Assembly (NCBI GenBank): GCA_015065005.1 | Contig: SVRE01000003.1 | Location: 4,164 to 68,163, forward strand | Length of the DNA stretch: 64,000 bases | Reading direction: 5' to 3' | Source: Oscillospiraceae bacterium | GTDB lineage: Bacteria; Bacillota; Clostridia; Oscillospirales; CAG-272 | Shown here: positions 20,175 through 30,458 of the stretch, one piece after another | Position numbering within the stretch: the first letter of the stretch is position 1 | How the letters are laid out: each line of letters begins with the position of its first letter | Notes under the pieces: generated by a model | Told to the model about the DNA's origin: nothing | Seen by the model: the letters and a program-made list of their open reading frames with translations, nothing else | Database searches by the model: none | Position numbers and translations under genes: made by a program

Positions 20175-21892
20175 CTTTCTTCCTCCTTAAATTGTGACTC
20201 ATATATCTCTGAGTAAACAAGACAGCTCTTGAGAAGCTCCTCGTGCTTACCCATGCCAACAATTTTACCGTCATCAAGAACAATAATCTTGTCGCAATGC
20301 ATAATTGAAGATGTTCTTTGAGAAACAATAAAGGTTGTTGGGTTAAAATCAATGTTTTTAATTGCGTGGCGTAACCTTGCATCCGTTGCGTAGTCAAGGG
20401 CACTGCACGAGTCATCAAGAATTAGTATCTTAGGCTTTTTTACTAAAGCGCGGGCGATGGTAAAGCGCTGCCTCTGCCCGCCTGAGAGGTTTTTGCCACC
20501 CTCTTCTATAACAAAGTCAAGCCCCTCGCTCTTGCTGTTTAATACATCTGTGGCTTGCGCCGCATCAATGGCAGACAATATTTCCGTATCCGTTGCTTGC
20601 TTGTTTCCCCACTTAAGGTTATCACGTATAGTGCCCTTAAATAAAACAGCCTTTTGCGGCACGATGCCTATTTGCTCACGCAAATATTCAAGGTCATAAT
20701 CGCAAACGTCATTTCCTTCCACTAAAACCTGTCCCTCATAGCAGTCATAGAAGCGTCCAATCATATTGATAAGGGAGCTTTTGCCTGAGCCTGTGCCGCC
20801 AATAATGCCAATGCTCTCACCGGGCATAGCGGTAAAGGAAATATCCTCAAGGGTACACTCAGGAGAGTTCTTGTAACGAAGAGAAGCTTTTTTAAATTCA
20901 ACAGTATAAGCGTTATTTTCGCCGCTTGTAAGGCTACCGCTTTTTTGAGACGGCTGTACCTCAAGCACGCCTTCAATTCTGTTTGCGCAAGCTACCGCCT
21001 TTGTAATAGTCACAATTAAATTAGCCAGCTTTATAAGCTCAATCAAAATCTGTGACATATAGTTGTAAAGGGCGATAACCTGGCCCTGTGTCAAATTACC
21101 GTAGTTAACCTGTATGGCACCGCGCCAGATAAGAATGGAGATGGAAATGTTTACAATTGCATATGTGGCAGGGTTCATAATTGCGGAAATTTTGCCAACA
21201 AAAACCTGAGCCTTATTTAACTCCTCTGTCTGAGCGTGAAATTTGCTTTTTTCACTTTCCTCAAGTCCAAATGCGCGTATAACACGAACACCGCTCAGGT
21301 TTTCGCGCGAGGTGTTAAGCACTCTGTCAAGCTTGCCCTGTACCTTTTTGTAAAGAGGAATGGTAGAAAGGATAATGCCAAAAACAACCACCGCCAATAA
21401 AGGTATGGCAACAACAAATACAAGTGAGGCGTTTACATCAACAATAAAAGCCATAATCATAGCGCCGAAAACAATAACAGGAGAACGCATAAACAAGCGT
21501 AAGGTAAGATTAACGCCTGATTGTACCTGGTTTATATCGCTTGTCATTCTTGTAATAAGTGTTGAAGTGCCAAGGGTATCAATTTCGGTATATGAAAGAG
21601 AAGAAATGTGCTTGAATAAGCCGTGCTTGATCGATGAGACAAAGCCAACCGCCGCATAAGCGGAAAAATACTGTGCAAAAAGGGTGCAGGTAAGACCGAT
21701 AGCGCCAAGTGCCACCATAATAAGACAGCATTTTACAATATAAGGAGTGTCATTATTTTTAATTCCCACATCAACAATGCTTGCAACCACCAATGGGATA
21801 AACAGCTCAAAGCAAGCCTCCAGCATTTTAAAAAGCGGAGCCAACACGCATTGCTTTTTGTATCCCTTCATATGAACAAGTAGCTTTTTCAT
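20171..21892 (-). CDS. ABC exporter, fused permease/ATPase (second pair, partner 1)
   Basis: Walker A GGTGSGKS, signature SGGQRQR, Walker B ILDDSCS. 4-nt overlap with the partner. Confidence 0.85.
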   Translation of the reverse strand: MKKLLVHMKGYKKQCVLAPLFKMLEACFELFIPLVVASIVDVGIKNNDTPYIVKCCLIMVALGAIGLTCTLFAQYFSAYAAVGFVSSIKHGLFKHISSLSYTEIDTLGTSTLITRMTSDINQVQSGVNLTLRLFMRSPVIVFGAMIMAFIVDVNASLVFVVAIPLLAVVVFGIILSTIPLYKKVQGKLDRVLNTSRENLSGVRVIRAFGLEESEKSKFHAQTEELNKAQVFVGKISAIMNPATYAIVNISISILIWRGAIQVNYGNLTQGQVIALYNYMSQILIELIKLANLIVTITKAVACANRIEGVLEVQPSQKSGSLTSGENNAYTVEFKKASLRYKNSPECTLEDISFTAMPGESIGIIGGTGSGKSSLINMIGRFYDCYEGQVLVEGNDVCDYDLEYLREQIGIVPQKAVLFKGTIRDNLKWGNKQATDTEILSAIDAAQATDVLNSKSEGLDFVIEEGGKNLSGGQRQRFTIARALVKKPKILILDDSCSALDYATDARLRHAIKNIDFNPTTFIVSQRTSSIMHCDKIIVLDDGKIVGMGKHEELLKSCLVYSEIYESQFKEEER

Positions 21893-22003
21893 ATGCTTTT
21901 CTCCTTTCCTGCTTGCTAATAAATCATAAGTCCCAAATTACATCAGCATATATTATACCACAAGCACCATAATATTACAATATTATAAAGTGCAAATTTA
22001 CAA

Positions 22004-22030
22004 AGAAAAAGCACGTTTTCACGTGCTTTT
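22004..22030 (-). terminator. Intrinsic terminator after rnj
   Basis: GCACGT / ACGTGC stem with a U-run on the minus strand. Confidence 0.6.
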
Positions 22031-22034
22031 AGTC

Positions 22035-23888
22035 TTAAATATTCAAAAGTATAGGTAATATTACAGGCTTGCGCTTTGTTTTTGCAAAAATATACTTGGT
22101 AATAGCATTTTTAAGCAAGGTTTTTAACTCAACCCATTCCTTAATGCCCTCATCAAGAGCATCAATCAATACTCTGGTGGCAATATCCTTGGTGCCGCTC
22201 ATAAGCTCCTCGCTTTCACGCACATATACAAATCCGCGTGAAATAATCTCAGGGCCGGACATCAAAATGCCCTCCTCAAGGCTAATGGTTGCAACAGCAA
22301 TAATAAGTCCGTTTTCCGCCAAGCTCTTTCTGTCGCGCAGAACAATGTTTCCAACGTCACCAATACCGCTTCCGTCAATCAGCACCTTGCCCGCCTGTAC
22401 CATTCCGTTAAATTTTGCACCCTCATCACTGATTTCAATAACCTTACCGATGTCAGATACAAAAATTCGGTCAGCGCTCATGCCCATTCCCTCGGCAAGC
22501 TCCTTATGCTGTATCAAATGCCTGTATTCACCGTGTATGGGCATAAAATATTTTGGCTTGGTAAGGGCATGCATCAGCTTAAGCTCCTCTTGGCATGCGT
22601 GGCCTGAAACGTGCACCTCAACGCTTGAATCGTGGTAAACATTAACTCCGCGTCTGTACATCTCGTTAACAATCTTTCCAACAAGTGGCTCGTTACCGGG
22701 GATCGCACTGGAGGACAGTACAACCAGGTCCTTATCTGTCAAAACAACCTTGTCGTGGTCAGAAAAAGCCATTCTGTAAAGGGCGGACATAGGTTCACCC
22801 TGGCTTCCCGTTGTAACAATTGTAATTTTTTCAGGGGGATATTTCTTGATTTCATCAATATCAATCAAAGCGCCATCGGGTACATTCATATATCCTAACT
22901 TAACCGCCGCATTAACTACGTTAATCATACTTCGGCCCGTCACCGCAACACGCCTTCCGTGATTAACGCTGGCATCTATAATTTGCTGTACTCTGTGTAC
23001 GTTTGAAGCGAAGGTGGCAATAATAATTCTTTTGTCCGTGTATGAATCAAGGATTTTTTCAAGTGAAAAGCCTACCTTACGCTCTGACGGTGTGTGTCCC
23101 GGGCGTTCTACGTTTGTGGATTCGCAAAGGAGCATAGTAACTCCTTCGTTGCCAAGCTGTCCCAAACGGACAATGTCCATCATTTCGCCATCAATGGGGG
23201 TTACATCAAGCTTAAAGTCGCCTGTGTGTAAAATAACACCCTGGGGTGTTGTAATTGCCAAAGCACAAGCATCGGCAATAGAGTGGTTAACTCTTATAAA
23301 TTCAACCTTAAAGCATCCTGCTAAAACCGTGTCTCCTGCACTTACCGTGTTAAGCTTAGCGCTTTGCAACAGCTTATGCTCAAGGAGCTTGTTTTCAAGA
23401 ATTCCCAAGGAAAGCTTAGTGCCGAAAACAGGCACATTCATAAGCTTTAAAAAATAAGGTAAGGAGCCGATATGGTCCTCGTGTCCGTGGGTGATAAATA
23501 CACCGCGGATTTTCTCAACGTTGTTGATAAGGTAAGTAAAGTCGGGAATTACGAGGTCAACGCCCAGCATATCATCATCTGGGAAGCCGATACCGCAGTC
23601 AACAACAACAATATCGTTTTCACACTCGATAACGGTAATATTTTTACCGATTTCGTTAAGCCCACCCAAGGAAAAGACCCTAACCGTAGGCTTCGGCTTT
23701 TTTGGAGCGCTCCTTCTTTTTTGGTTGTTCCTTTTTGGTTTCTTTGCACCCATCGGTGCATCTGCCTTTTTCTGCATATTTTTTTGTAGAGCTTTGTTGC
23801 TTGACGGTGGATTCTTTTTTGCGGAAGCGCGTGGCTTTTTCCAACCGCCCTGCTTTTTTAATTTCTTATTTTCTGTTTTTTCTGCCAT
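22035..23888 (-). CDS. rnj: Ribonuclease J with a Lys/Pro-rich N-terminal extension
   Basis: HGHEDHIG metallo-beta-lactamase motif with beta-CASP/RNase J architecture. The start is set at ATG 23888 (AAAGGAA RBS) rather than 23945. Confidence 0.9.
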   Translation of the reverse strand: MAEKTENKKLKKQGGWKKPRASAKKNPPSSNKALQKNMQKKADAPMGAKKPKRNNQKRRSAPKKPKPTVRVFSLGGLNEIGKNITVIECENDIVVVDCGIGFPDDDMLGVDLVIPDFTYLINNVEKIRGVFITHGHEDHIGSLPYFLKLMNVPVFGTKLSLGILENKLLEHKLLQSAKLNTVSAGDTVLAGCFKVEFIRVNHSIADACALAITTPQGVILHTGDFKLDVTPIDGEMMDIVRLGQLGNEGVTMLLCESTNVERPGHTPSERKVGFSLEKILDSYTDKRIIIATFASNVHRVQQIIDASVNHGRRVAVTGRSMINVVNAAVKLGYMNVPDGALIDIDEIKKYPPEKITIVTTGSQGEPMSALYRMAFSDHDKVVLTDKDLVVLSSSAIPGNEPLVGKIVNEMYRRGVNVYHDSSVEVHVSGHACQEELKLMHALTKPKYFMPIHGEYRHLIQHKELAEGMGMSADRIFVSDIGKVIEISDEGAKFNGMVQAGKVLIDGSGIGDVGNIVLRDRKSLAENGLIIAVATISLEEGILMSGPEIISRGFVYVRESEELMSGTKDIATRVLIDALDEGIKEWVELKTLLKNAITKYIFAKTKRKPVILPILLNI

Positions 23889-24052
23889 AGATATTCCTTT
23901 CGCACGCAAAAACACGTCACTCTGTGACGGTATTGTATTTGGCAAGCAGAGAATAGTATGTATAACGCCCCCATACTATCGTAATTGCCGATAAAACGAA
24001 TTAATGATGAATATATTCTACCATAAATGAAAGGAATAGTCAATAGAATAGG

Positions 24053-24322
24053 CTAAATTAAGAAAAGATAGACAAGCAAGGTGGCTATAACGCCAAGCAA
24101 TGTCCCACACAAAAAAGCCACAAGCTTACCAAAGCGCCCTTTTTTCTCCTTTCCTTTAAAATCATCAGGGCAAAGCGCGTTTACTATTTTGTTAGCCTCT
24201 AAAACAATATCATTTTTTTCTTCGGTAATCGCTTCAGGCTTAAGGATAAAATAAGCCTCATCAAAAATCTTACTTCCGGTATCCTTTAAAAACACAATGC
24301 TTTTGTGACAGCCCTTAATCAT
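24053..24322 (-). CDS. Hypothetical C-terminally membrane-anchored small protein
   Basis: Single C-terminal TM. The start is moved to ATG 24322, because the GGAGG RBS lies inside the longer ORF-track model. Confidence 0.5.
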   Translation of the reverse strand: MIKGCHKSIVFLKDTGSKIFDEAYFILKPEAITEEKNDIVLEANKIVNALCPDDFKGKEKKGRFGKLVAFLCGTLLGVIATLLVYLFLI

Positions 24323-24443
24323 ATAATCCTCCAAAATGTAATATATGAAATTATAACCTGAAATAGCAAGGCTTATTCAAATTTAAGAAACAAAATTTTC
24401 CAAAAATTTACTGTAAAATTATGTAAAAATTGCCATATAATTG

Positions 24444-24472
24444 TTGACTTTAAATATTGTAAATGTTAAAAT
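24444..24472 (+). promoter_or_regulatory. Sigma-A-type promoter upstream of the abrB-like gene
   Basis: TTGACT, 17 nt spacer, then TAAAAT. Confidence 0.55.
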
Positions 24473-24516
24473 AAAATTGTACCAAAGCGAAATATGAAGA
24501 AAAAAGGAGAAATATT

Positions 24517-24762
24517 ATGAAGTCAACCGGAATAGTAAGGAAAATGGATGAGCTTGGGCGCATAGTTTTACCAATGGAAATTCGTAATACATTTGACATT
24601 AAGACCAAGGATCCCTTGGAGATTTTTGTTGAAGAGGATTGTATTATACTGAGAAAATATCAGCCCGCCTGTGTATTTTGCGGGGACACTCGGGATAATG
24701 TTTCTTTTGGTGAAAAGCGCGTTTGCAAAGCTTGCATAGAAAAGCTAAATCAAGTTAAATAA
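24517..24762 (+). CDS. AbrB/SpoVT-family transition-state regulator
   Basis: MKSTGIVRKMDELGRIVLPMEIR swapped-hairpin domain. Confidence 0.85.
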   Translation: MKSTGIVRKMDELGRIVLPMEIRNTFDIKTKDPLEIFVEEDCIILRKYQPACVFCGDTRDNVSFGEKRVCKACIEKLNQVK

Positions 24763-24772
24763 GGGGCACAAA

Positions 24773-27070
24773 ATGGAAAAAATACTTAAATACAGTAAGG
24801 AAGCAGAATTTTTTGAGGAGGCACTACCGTTAGGCAACGGTCAGCTTGGTGCAATGGTTTACGGCAGGCACGGGGTTGAAAGGATTTCTATCAACCATGA
24901 CACCTTGTGGTCGGGTAAGCCGGGAGATAACTATGTAAATGGCGCCTTCGAATCTAATGAGAAAGCGAAAAAGCTATTAAATGAGGGCAAAAGATATGAG
25001 GCGCAAAGGGAAATTGAAAACAATTTCACAGGCGAATATCTATGCTCCTATATGCTTCTTGGCACACTATATATTAAAAACTTAAACGCAGGCGGTGAAA
25101 TTACCGATTACAAAAGGGTTTTAGACCTTGAAAACGGTATGGTTACCGTTACATATAAGGAAAACGGTATTCAGCATAAGAGAGAATATTTTGTGTCATA
25201 TCCACATAACTGCATTATGGTGAAAATGTCAACATCTGAGCCTGTTTCATATGAGCTTTACGGAGATTGCGTTGGCAAGAGCCACGTTACATCATTTAAT
25301 GATACACTTTATTTTTCAGGTGAGTGTCCAACAAGCTTAGCGCCCGATTATATCAGGCACGAAAAGCCCGTGTATTATGACGGAGAGGGCGTTAGAGTAA
25401 CAGGTATTGCAAGATGCAAAACAAACGGTGAAATCAAAAACGGCGCAGGAGAATGTGTAACAGTCGAAAACGCAACAGATGTAAGCGTTTATTTCTGTGC
25501 TGAAACAAGCTTTGTTGATTTCGATAAGCTTCCGAACAAAAAAACCTTTGAGCCTTGCTTTGAAAGGTTAAAGGAGCTTTGCAAGCTTGATTACGAGGAT
25601 ATTAAATCAGCTCATATTGATGACTTTTCATCAATGTTTAACAGGGTAACAACAGACTTTGGCGGCAAGTCAAGCGACCTTGATACAGATGAGCGCTTGA
25701 AGGAAAAAGAGAAGGACGCGGGTATGTGTGAGCTTCTTTATAACTTTGGCAGATATTTAATTATCGCAGGCTCACGCGAAGGCTCACGCGCTACCAATTT
25801 GCAGGGTATTTGGAACGAAAGCTATTATGCCCCCTGGTCATCAAACTACACTCTTAACATCAATGCGGAAATGAACTATTGGCCCGTTCTTATGAACGAC
25901 CTTGTAAGCTGTAATCTTCCCATTATCGAGCAAACAAAGAATATCAGCATAAACGGTAGAGAAACTGCAAAGCAGTTTTACCATGCAGACGGCTTCTGCG
26001 CTCACCACAACAGTGATTTATGGGCGCACACCACACCTGTTGGCGCAAAGAAGGAAAATTCCTCTCAGTACGCATATTGGAACGTGTCAGGCGGATGGCT
26101 TTGCCGTCATTTGTTTGAGCATTATGAATATACTCTTGACAAGGAATACCTTGCAAGCACCGCATATCCTATAATGAAGGAAAGTGCTAAGTTCTTTTTG
26201 TCCATTATGGAAAAGGATGGTGATAACTGGCTTGTAACTCCGTCAACATCACCGGAAAACAGCTATTACCTTGACGGTAAGCTTACATATATTGCAAAAT
26301 ATGCGGTTATGTCACAGTCCATTGTTGAGGATTTGTTTAAAAATATATCCAAGGCTGCAAGGGTGCTTGGCATAGATGATGAGTTTACAAGAGAAATTGA
26401 GGAAAAGAAGGACCATATCGGTATTTATAAAAAAGGCAGCCAGGGCCAGCTTCTTGAATATGATGAGGAGTTTGAGGAATTTGACGTTTATCACCGCCAC
26501 GTTTCCCACCTGTACGGCTTTTACCCTGCGGACGTAATTACAACGGAGAACAATCCTGAGGTTGCACAAATGGTAAGGCGCTCTCTTGAGAGAAGAGGGG
26601 ATGAGGGCACAGGCTGGAGCATGGGCTGGAAGGTTTGCCTGTGGGCAAAGCTGAAGGATGGTGACCACGCAATGAAGCTTGTTAAAAATCAGCTTCGTTA
26701 TATGCCTGCAAGACCCGAAGATAGTGTTGATATGTGGCATTCGGGCGGAACATATGCAAATATGTTTGACGCACATCCACCGTTCCAGATTGACGGTAAC
26801 TACGGTGTATGCGCAGGCATTGCACAAATGTTCTTGCAGTGCGAGGATGGAAAAATAAGAATTTTACCTGCCCTTCCAAGCGAAATGGAAAACGGTTCAA
26901 TCAAGGGTCTTTTGGCAAAGGGCAACATTAAGGTGGATATTGAATGGAAGAATAATCAGCTATCTTACCTTAAATTAGTAACACCAATTAAGCAAACTGC
27001 TATAATAAATATAGAGGGTGCCGACCACGACGTAGAGCTGGAGGCAAATGAGGAATATATTTACGCATAG
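24773..27070 (+). CDS. Glycoside hydrolase family 95 (alpha-L-fucosidase-like)
   Basis: N-terminal ALPLGNGQLGAMVYG and HDTLWSG, and NINAEMNYWP, all typical of GH95. 765 aa. Confidence 0.8.
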   Translation: MEKILKYSKEAEFFEEALPLGNGQLGAMVYGRHGVERISINHDTLWSGKPGDNYVNGAFESNEKAKKLLNEGKRYEAQREIENNFTGEYLCSYMLLGTLYIKNLNAGGEITDYKRVLDLENGMVTVTYKENGIQHKREYFVSYPHNCIMVKMSTSEPVSYELYGDCVGKSHVTSFNDTLYFSGECPTSLAPDYIRHEKPVYYDGEGVRVTGIARCKTNGEIKNGAGECVTVENATDVSVYFCAETSFVDFDKLPNKKTFEPCFERLKELCKLDYEDIKSAHIDDFSSMFNRVTTDFGGKSSDLDTDERLKEKEKDAGMCELLYNFGRYLIIAGSREGSRATNLQGIWNESYYAPWSSNYTLNINAEMNYWPVLMNDLVSCNLPIIEQTKNISINGRETAKQFYHADGFCAHHNSDLWAHTTPVGAKKENSSQYAYWNVSGGWLCRHLFEHYEYTLDKEYLASTAYPIMKESAKFFLSIMEKDGDNWLVTPSTSPENSYYLDGKLTYIAKYAVMSQSIVEDLFKNISKAARVLGIDDEFTREIEEKKDHIGIYKKGSQGQLLEYDEEFEEFDVYHRHVSHLYGFYPADVITTENNPEVAQMVRRSLERRGDEGTGWSMGWKVCLWAKLKDGDHAMKLVKNQLRYMPARPEDSVDMWHSGGTYANMFDAHPPFQIDGNYGVCAGIAQMFLQCEDGKIRILPALPSEMENGSIKGLLAKGNIKVDIEWKNNQLSYLKLVTPIKQTAIINIEGADHDVELEANEEYIYA

Positions 27071-27102
27071 TTGTAAAAGCATGCTTGGTTGGAGGTAGTT
27101 AT

Positions 27103-27942
27103 ATGAAAAATTTGGGATATTATAACGGCAAAACAGGACTGATAAGTGAAATTTCGGTCCCCATAACCGACAGGGCGTTTTACTTTGGAGACGGGGTATA
27201 CGATGCGGTAATGTGCCGAAATAATATCCCATATCTTTTGTGGGAGCATATTGACAGGCTGTATAATAACTGCACCCTGTTGGGCATCAAGCCCCCGATG
27301 TGCAAAAATGAGCTGAGCTTGACAATAAAGGAGCTTGTTCGTAAGGTTGAGGGAGAGGAAAAGTTCGTTTATTTTCATATTTCCCGCGGCAGCGGAATAA
27401 GGAATCATTCCTTTACAAACGGTGAGGGGAATCTTTGCATTATGATAAAGCCACAGCCCCTTGATAACGTATATGAAAAAATGAACACAGTGTTAAAGGA
27501 AGATATTCGCTATGAGCTTTGCAACATAAAAACCTTAAACCTTTTGCCAAGCGTGCTAACGGCCCAATCAGCCACCGAAAACGGTTGTGAGGAAGCAATT
27601 TTACATAGGAACGGCACAGTAACGGAATGCTCACACAGTAACGTATCAATTTTAAAAAACGGCACTTTAATAACCGCCCCCTGTGACAGGTTTATTCTGC
27701 CGGGCGTAACCCGTGCCCACCTGCTTACCGTAGCACACGAAAACGGAATAAATACCGAAGAGCGCAAATATACGGTGGAGGAGCTTTTGGATGCTGATGA
27801 AATTATAGTAACCAGCTCATCAAAAATGGCACGCGGAGTCAAAACCGTAGATGGCAAGGCGGTAGGAGGCAAGGATGAATGCACTCTTTCCATTCTTCGT
27901 GACACGCTTTATATAAATTATCTTAACGCAACAAACATATAA
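27103..27942 (+). CDS. dat: Class IV aminotransferase, probably D-amino-acid aminotransferase
   Basis: DRAFYFGDGVYD motif, about 280 aa. The start is set at ATG 27103 after the GGAGG RBS. Confidence 0.65.
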   Translation: MKNLGYYNGKTGLISEISVPITDRAFYFGDGVYDAVMCRNNIPYLLWEHIDRLYNNCTLLGIKPPMCKNELSLTIKELVRKVEGEEKFVYFHISRGSGIRNHSFTNGEGNLCIMIKPQPLDNVYEKMNTVLKEDIRYELCNIKTLNLLPSVLTAQSATENGCEEAILHRNGTVTECSHSNVSILKNGTLITAPCDRFILPGVTRAHLLTVAHENGINTEERKYTVEELLDADEIIVTSSSKMARGVKTVDGKAVGGKDECTLSILRDTLYINYLNATNI

Positions 27943-27966
27943 AAAAGCACCTAAGGGTGCTTTTTT
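27941..27966 (+). terminator. Intrinsic terminator
   Basis: GCACC / GGTGC stem flanked by A6 and T6. Confidence 0.7.
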
Positions 27967-28027
27967 AATTGACTTTGTTCACCTTGTGTGATACAATTAA
28001 CTTGAAATAAACATAAAGGACTTTTCA

Positions 28028-28579
28028 ATGGAAATTGTAGCACAAATTTTTGGAATAATAGGTATGATATTTAACCTCTTGGTGTTTCAGCAAAAAACAC
28101 ACAAGGGGGTTACAATGTGCCAGTTTTTCGCTGCAGCCGCCTTCTGCGCTAATTACTTAATGCTGGGCGCATTCGTTGGCGGTATATTAAATTTGGTAGG
28201 GGCGCTGCGCGCACTTGTCTTTTTCTTTAAGGAAAAAACAAAGGCAAACAGTGTTGTGTGGTTAATAATCTTCATTTTAGCCTTTTCAGCATCCTATCCT
28301 TTAACATTTTTTGCATTCGATACTGAGCCAACAACGAAAAATCTTATAATCGAGCTTCTTCCCGTAGTTGCTATGGTTATTATAACCGTCAGCCTTAGGT
28401 TAGGCTCGGCAAAGGCTGTGCGCTTTATGGGTCTTTTCAGCTCTCCTATGTGGCTTGTGTACAACGCCTTCAGCGGCTCAATCGGTGCTATTGCCAGTGA
28501 GATATTAAATCTCATTTCAATGATAATAGGTATCATTCGCTTAGATATAAAAGGAAAAAATCAAAAGACGCTCAAATAG
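28028..28579 (+). CDS. YgjV-family inner membrane protein
   Basis: About 180 aa with a six-TM profile, resembling YgjV-family proteins. Confidence 0.55.
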   Translation: MEIVAQIFGIIGMIFNLLVFQQKTHKGVTMCQFFAAAAFCANYLMLGAFVGGILNLVGALRALVFFFKEKTKANSVVWLIIFILAFSASYPLTFFAFDTEPTTKNLIIELLPVVAMVIITVSLRLGSAKAVRFMGLFSSPMWLVYNAFSGSIGAIASEILNLISMIIGIIRLDIKGKNQKTLK

Positions 28580-28622
28580 AATTCACATTAGTAGTGTAAG
28601 ATTAAAATAAGGCGGTGAAAAT

Positions 28623-29318
28623 ATGGACAGAGATGAACAGTATAGGGAACAGCTGCTTGCTTCCATAGATGATGAAACACTTGAATGGGTTAAGGATAAA
28701 TCAATAGAATATATTAAGCTTATGTCATATTACAGATGTGCTATGATGGAAATAGAAACCAAATTCAAGGTTTTAAAGGAGGAATACTCCTTAGTACACG
28801 ACAGAAATCCGATAAACAGCATAAGAACAAGGTTAAAATCCCCGAAAAGCATAAAGGAAAAAATGGAAAGGTTAGGGCATGAAATCAGCCTTGAAAGCAT
28901 TGAGAAGAAGCTTAATGACGTGGCGGGAATCAGAATTATCTGTGCCTTTAAGGATGATGTATATACCTTGGCTGATGCACTTTTGAAGCAGGATGACGTG
29001 ACCCTTATACAAACAAAGGACTATATAAAAAATCCAAAGGAAAACGGTTATCGCAGCTTACATATGATAGTGTCCATTCCAATTTATCTGGCGCATACAA
29101 AAAGAGAAATGAAGGTTGAGGTGCAGTTCCGCACCATCGCTATGGATAGTTGGGCAAGCATGGAGCATCAAATAGTTTACAAAAAGGACGTTAAGCTAAG
29201 CAAGGAAATGCAAATGGAGCTTGACGAATGTGCAGATTTAAGTGCTGCCTTGGATGAAAAAATGAACAATCTGAGGAAAAGCTTATTTGAAAAGGAATGT
29301 ATAATAAACCCAAAATAA
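28623..29318 (+). CDS. Small alarmone synthetase (RelQ/RelP-type GTP pyrophosphokinase)
   Basis: RelA/SpoT synthetase-domain motifs (DVAGIRIIC, GYRSLH, EVQFRT). 231 aa. Confidence 0.85.
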   Translation: MDRDEQYREQLLASIDDETLEWVKDKSIEYIKLMSYYRCAMMEIETKFKVLKEEYSLVHDRNPINSIRTRLKSPKSIKEKMERLGHEISLESIEKKLNDVAGIRIICAFKDDVYTLADALLKQDDVTLIQTKDYIKNPKENGYRSLHMIVSIPIYLAHTKREMKVEVQFRTIAMDSWASMEHQIVYKKDVKLSKEMQMELDECADLSAALDEKMNNLRKSLFEKECIINPK

Positions 29319-29325
29319 CCAAAAA

Positions 29326-29350
29326 ACTCCGACACGTGTCGGAGTTTTTT
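29326..29350 (+). terminator. Intrinsic terminator (palindromic, probably bidirectional)
   Basis: CTCCGACAC / GTGTCGGAG stem flanked by A6 and T6. Confidence 0.75.
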
Positions 29351-29433
29351 GGTTTAAGACCGTAGAATTTCAAGATAACCCATAAGGCTAAAAGCCTTTC
29401 TCGAAGCTCTTCCTTGTAAAATAGGCAAATTCA

Positions 29434-30276
29434 TTAATAATAGAATGAATGGTTGCCAATCTTAGCGTACAAGGGTCTGTTTTTAACCACCCAGGAGTTA
29501 GGCACAAGGGAGGCATTTACAAAATACAAAATACCGTTGTTTACTGAATACCCCTCTAAGCAAATTTTAGCCGCAATAATGCTTTGGCTGTTCGGTGCTT
29601 TGTAAATTGTTCCGTTGGCGGTGGGGCTGAACTGCACTCCGTTTTTCTTGTCAAAAATTACACCGTATATGGTGTTCGGAAAATAGGAGTGTCTGGTTCT
29701 GTTCAAAATTACATTACCTACCGCAATTTTACCCTTTAAAGGCTCGCCACCGCTTTCCGCATAGATTATGCGCGAAAGCCAGTAAACCTCGTCACTACGG
29801 TAGAATTTCTCCCCGGAAAGAATACCGCCGCTGCCCTTAGTAATATAAAAAGAGGAGTTGTAGTTATTCCAGCTGATTTTGCCGTCAAAGGCCTTTGCCA
29901 TCAGCATAACAGGCGCATACATTACACCGCTCTTCATATAAATCGGGCTTTCGGTGTATAAATACCTTCCGTTTGCCACTATGTAATTTTGACCGTCCTT
30001 AGCAGTTAAATACAGCTTGCTCGTTGAAACGGTTAATGTCCGTGTGGAGTAGTTGTACTTAACTGAGGCTGTGGGGTCCATTGCGGTAGCAAATTTCCGC
30101 ACACCAACAAAGGTTGTATTGTCCTTTACGTTGACACCGCCCCAAAACCGTTGATTGTTAATATATACCCCAACGCTTGCTCGCGTTTCTCCCGATGCAA
30201 AGGACATCATAGAAAAGCAAGAGAGCAGAAGTATAAATAACAGTGAAAATGATAATACCTTCTTCAAATTTACCAT
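29434..30276 (-). CDS. SleB/CwlJ-type cell-wall hydrolase with an N-terminal stalk domain and signal peptide
   Basis: C-terminal IIYAESGGEPLKGKIAVGNVILNR (Hydrolase_2 family) and an N-terminal signal peptide. Confidence 0.75.
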   Translation of the reverse strand: MVNLKKVLSFSLLFILLLSCFSMMSFASGETRASVGVYINNQRFWGGVNVKDNTTFVGVRKFATAMDPTASVKYNYSTRTLTVSTSKLYLTAKDGQNYIVANGRYLYTESPIYMKSGVMYAPVMLMAKAFDGKISWNNYNSSFYITKGSGGILSGEKFYRSDEVYWLSRIIYAESGGEPLKGKIAVGNVILNRTRHSYFPNTIYGVIFDKKNGVQFSPTANGTIYKAPNSQSIIAAKICLEGYSVNNGILYFVNASLVPNSWVVKNRPLYAKIGNHSFYY

Positions 30277-30458
30277 CCTTTCCTTGATTTTTCATAACTA
30301 CGTGGTAAATCCAACGCGATTACACTAAAATTGTAACATCAAGAAAAAACTAAATCAAGGAACAGATTTTTCCAAGGAAAATCAAGGCATTAAAAATACC
30401 GTTTTTTGTAAAAAAGTGCGGGGGAGTGTGCGATTTTTGCTAAAATTCACCTGCATTG

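Noticed and set aside
5810-21892. Two heterodimeric ABC exporter pairs (5810-9468 and 18405-21892), considered as a possible special system
   Set aside because: Both are standard type-I half-transporter pairs with intact Walker and signature motifs, which are ubiquitous in Firmicutes. They have no linked regulator, peptide precursor or immunity gene, so nothing unusual could be supported.
23889-23945. Longer RNase J start at 23945, and similar upstream-extended starts in the ORF track (spoVAC 45836, spoVAE 44358, clpC 49684, pyrK 63456, pyrB 59836, pyrE 60554 and others)
   Set aside because: In each case an internal ATG is preceded by a good Shine-Dalgarno sequence at 5-10 nt, and the extension encodes non-conserved residues. 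For spoVAC the extension also overlaps a neighbouring promoter. The shorter models were used.
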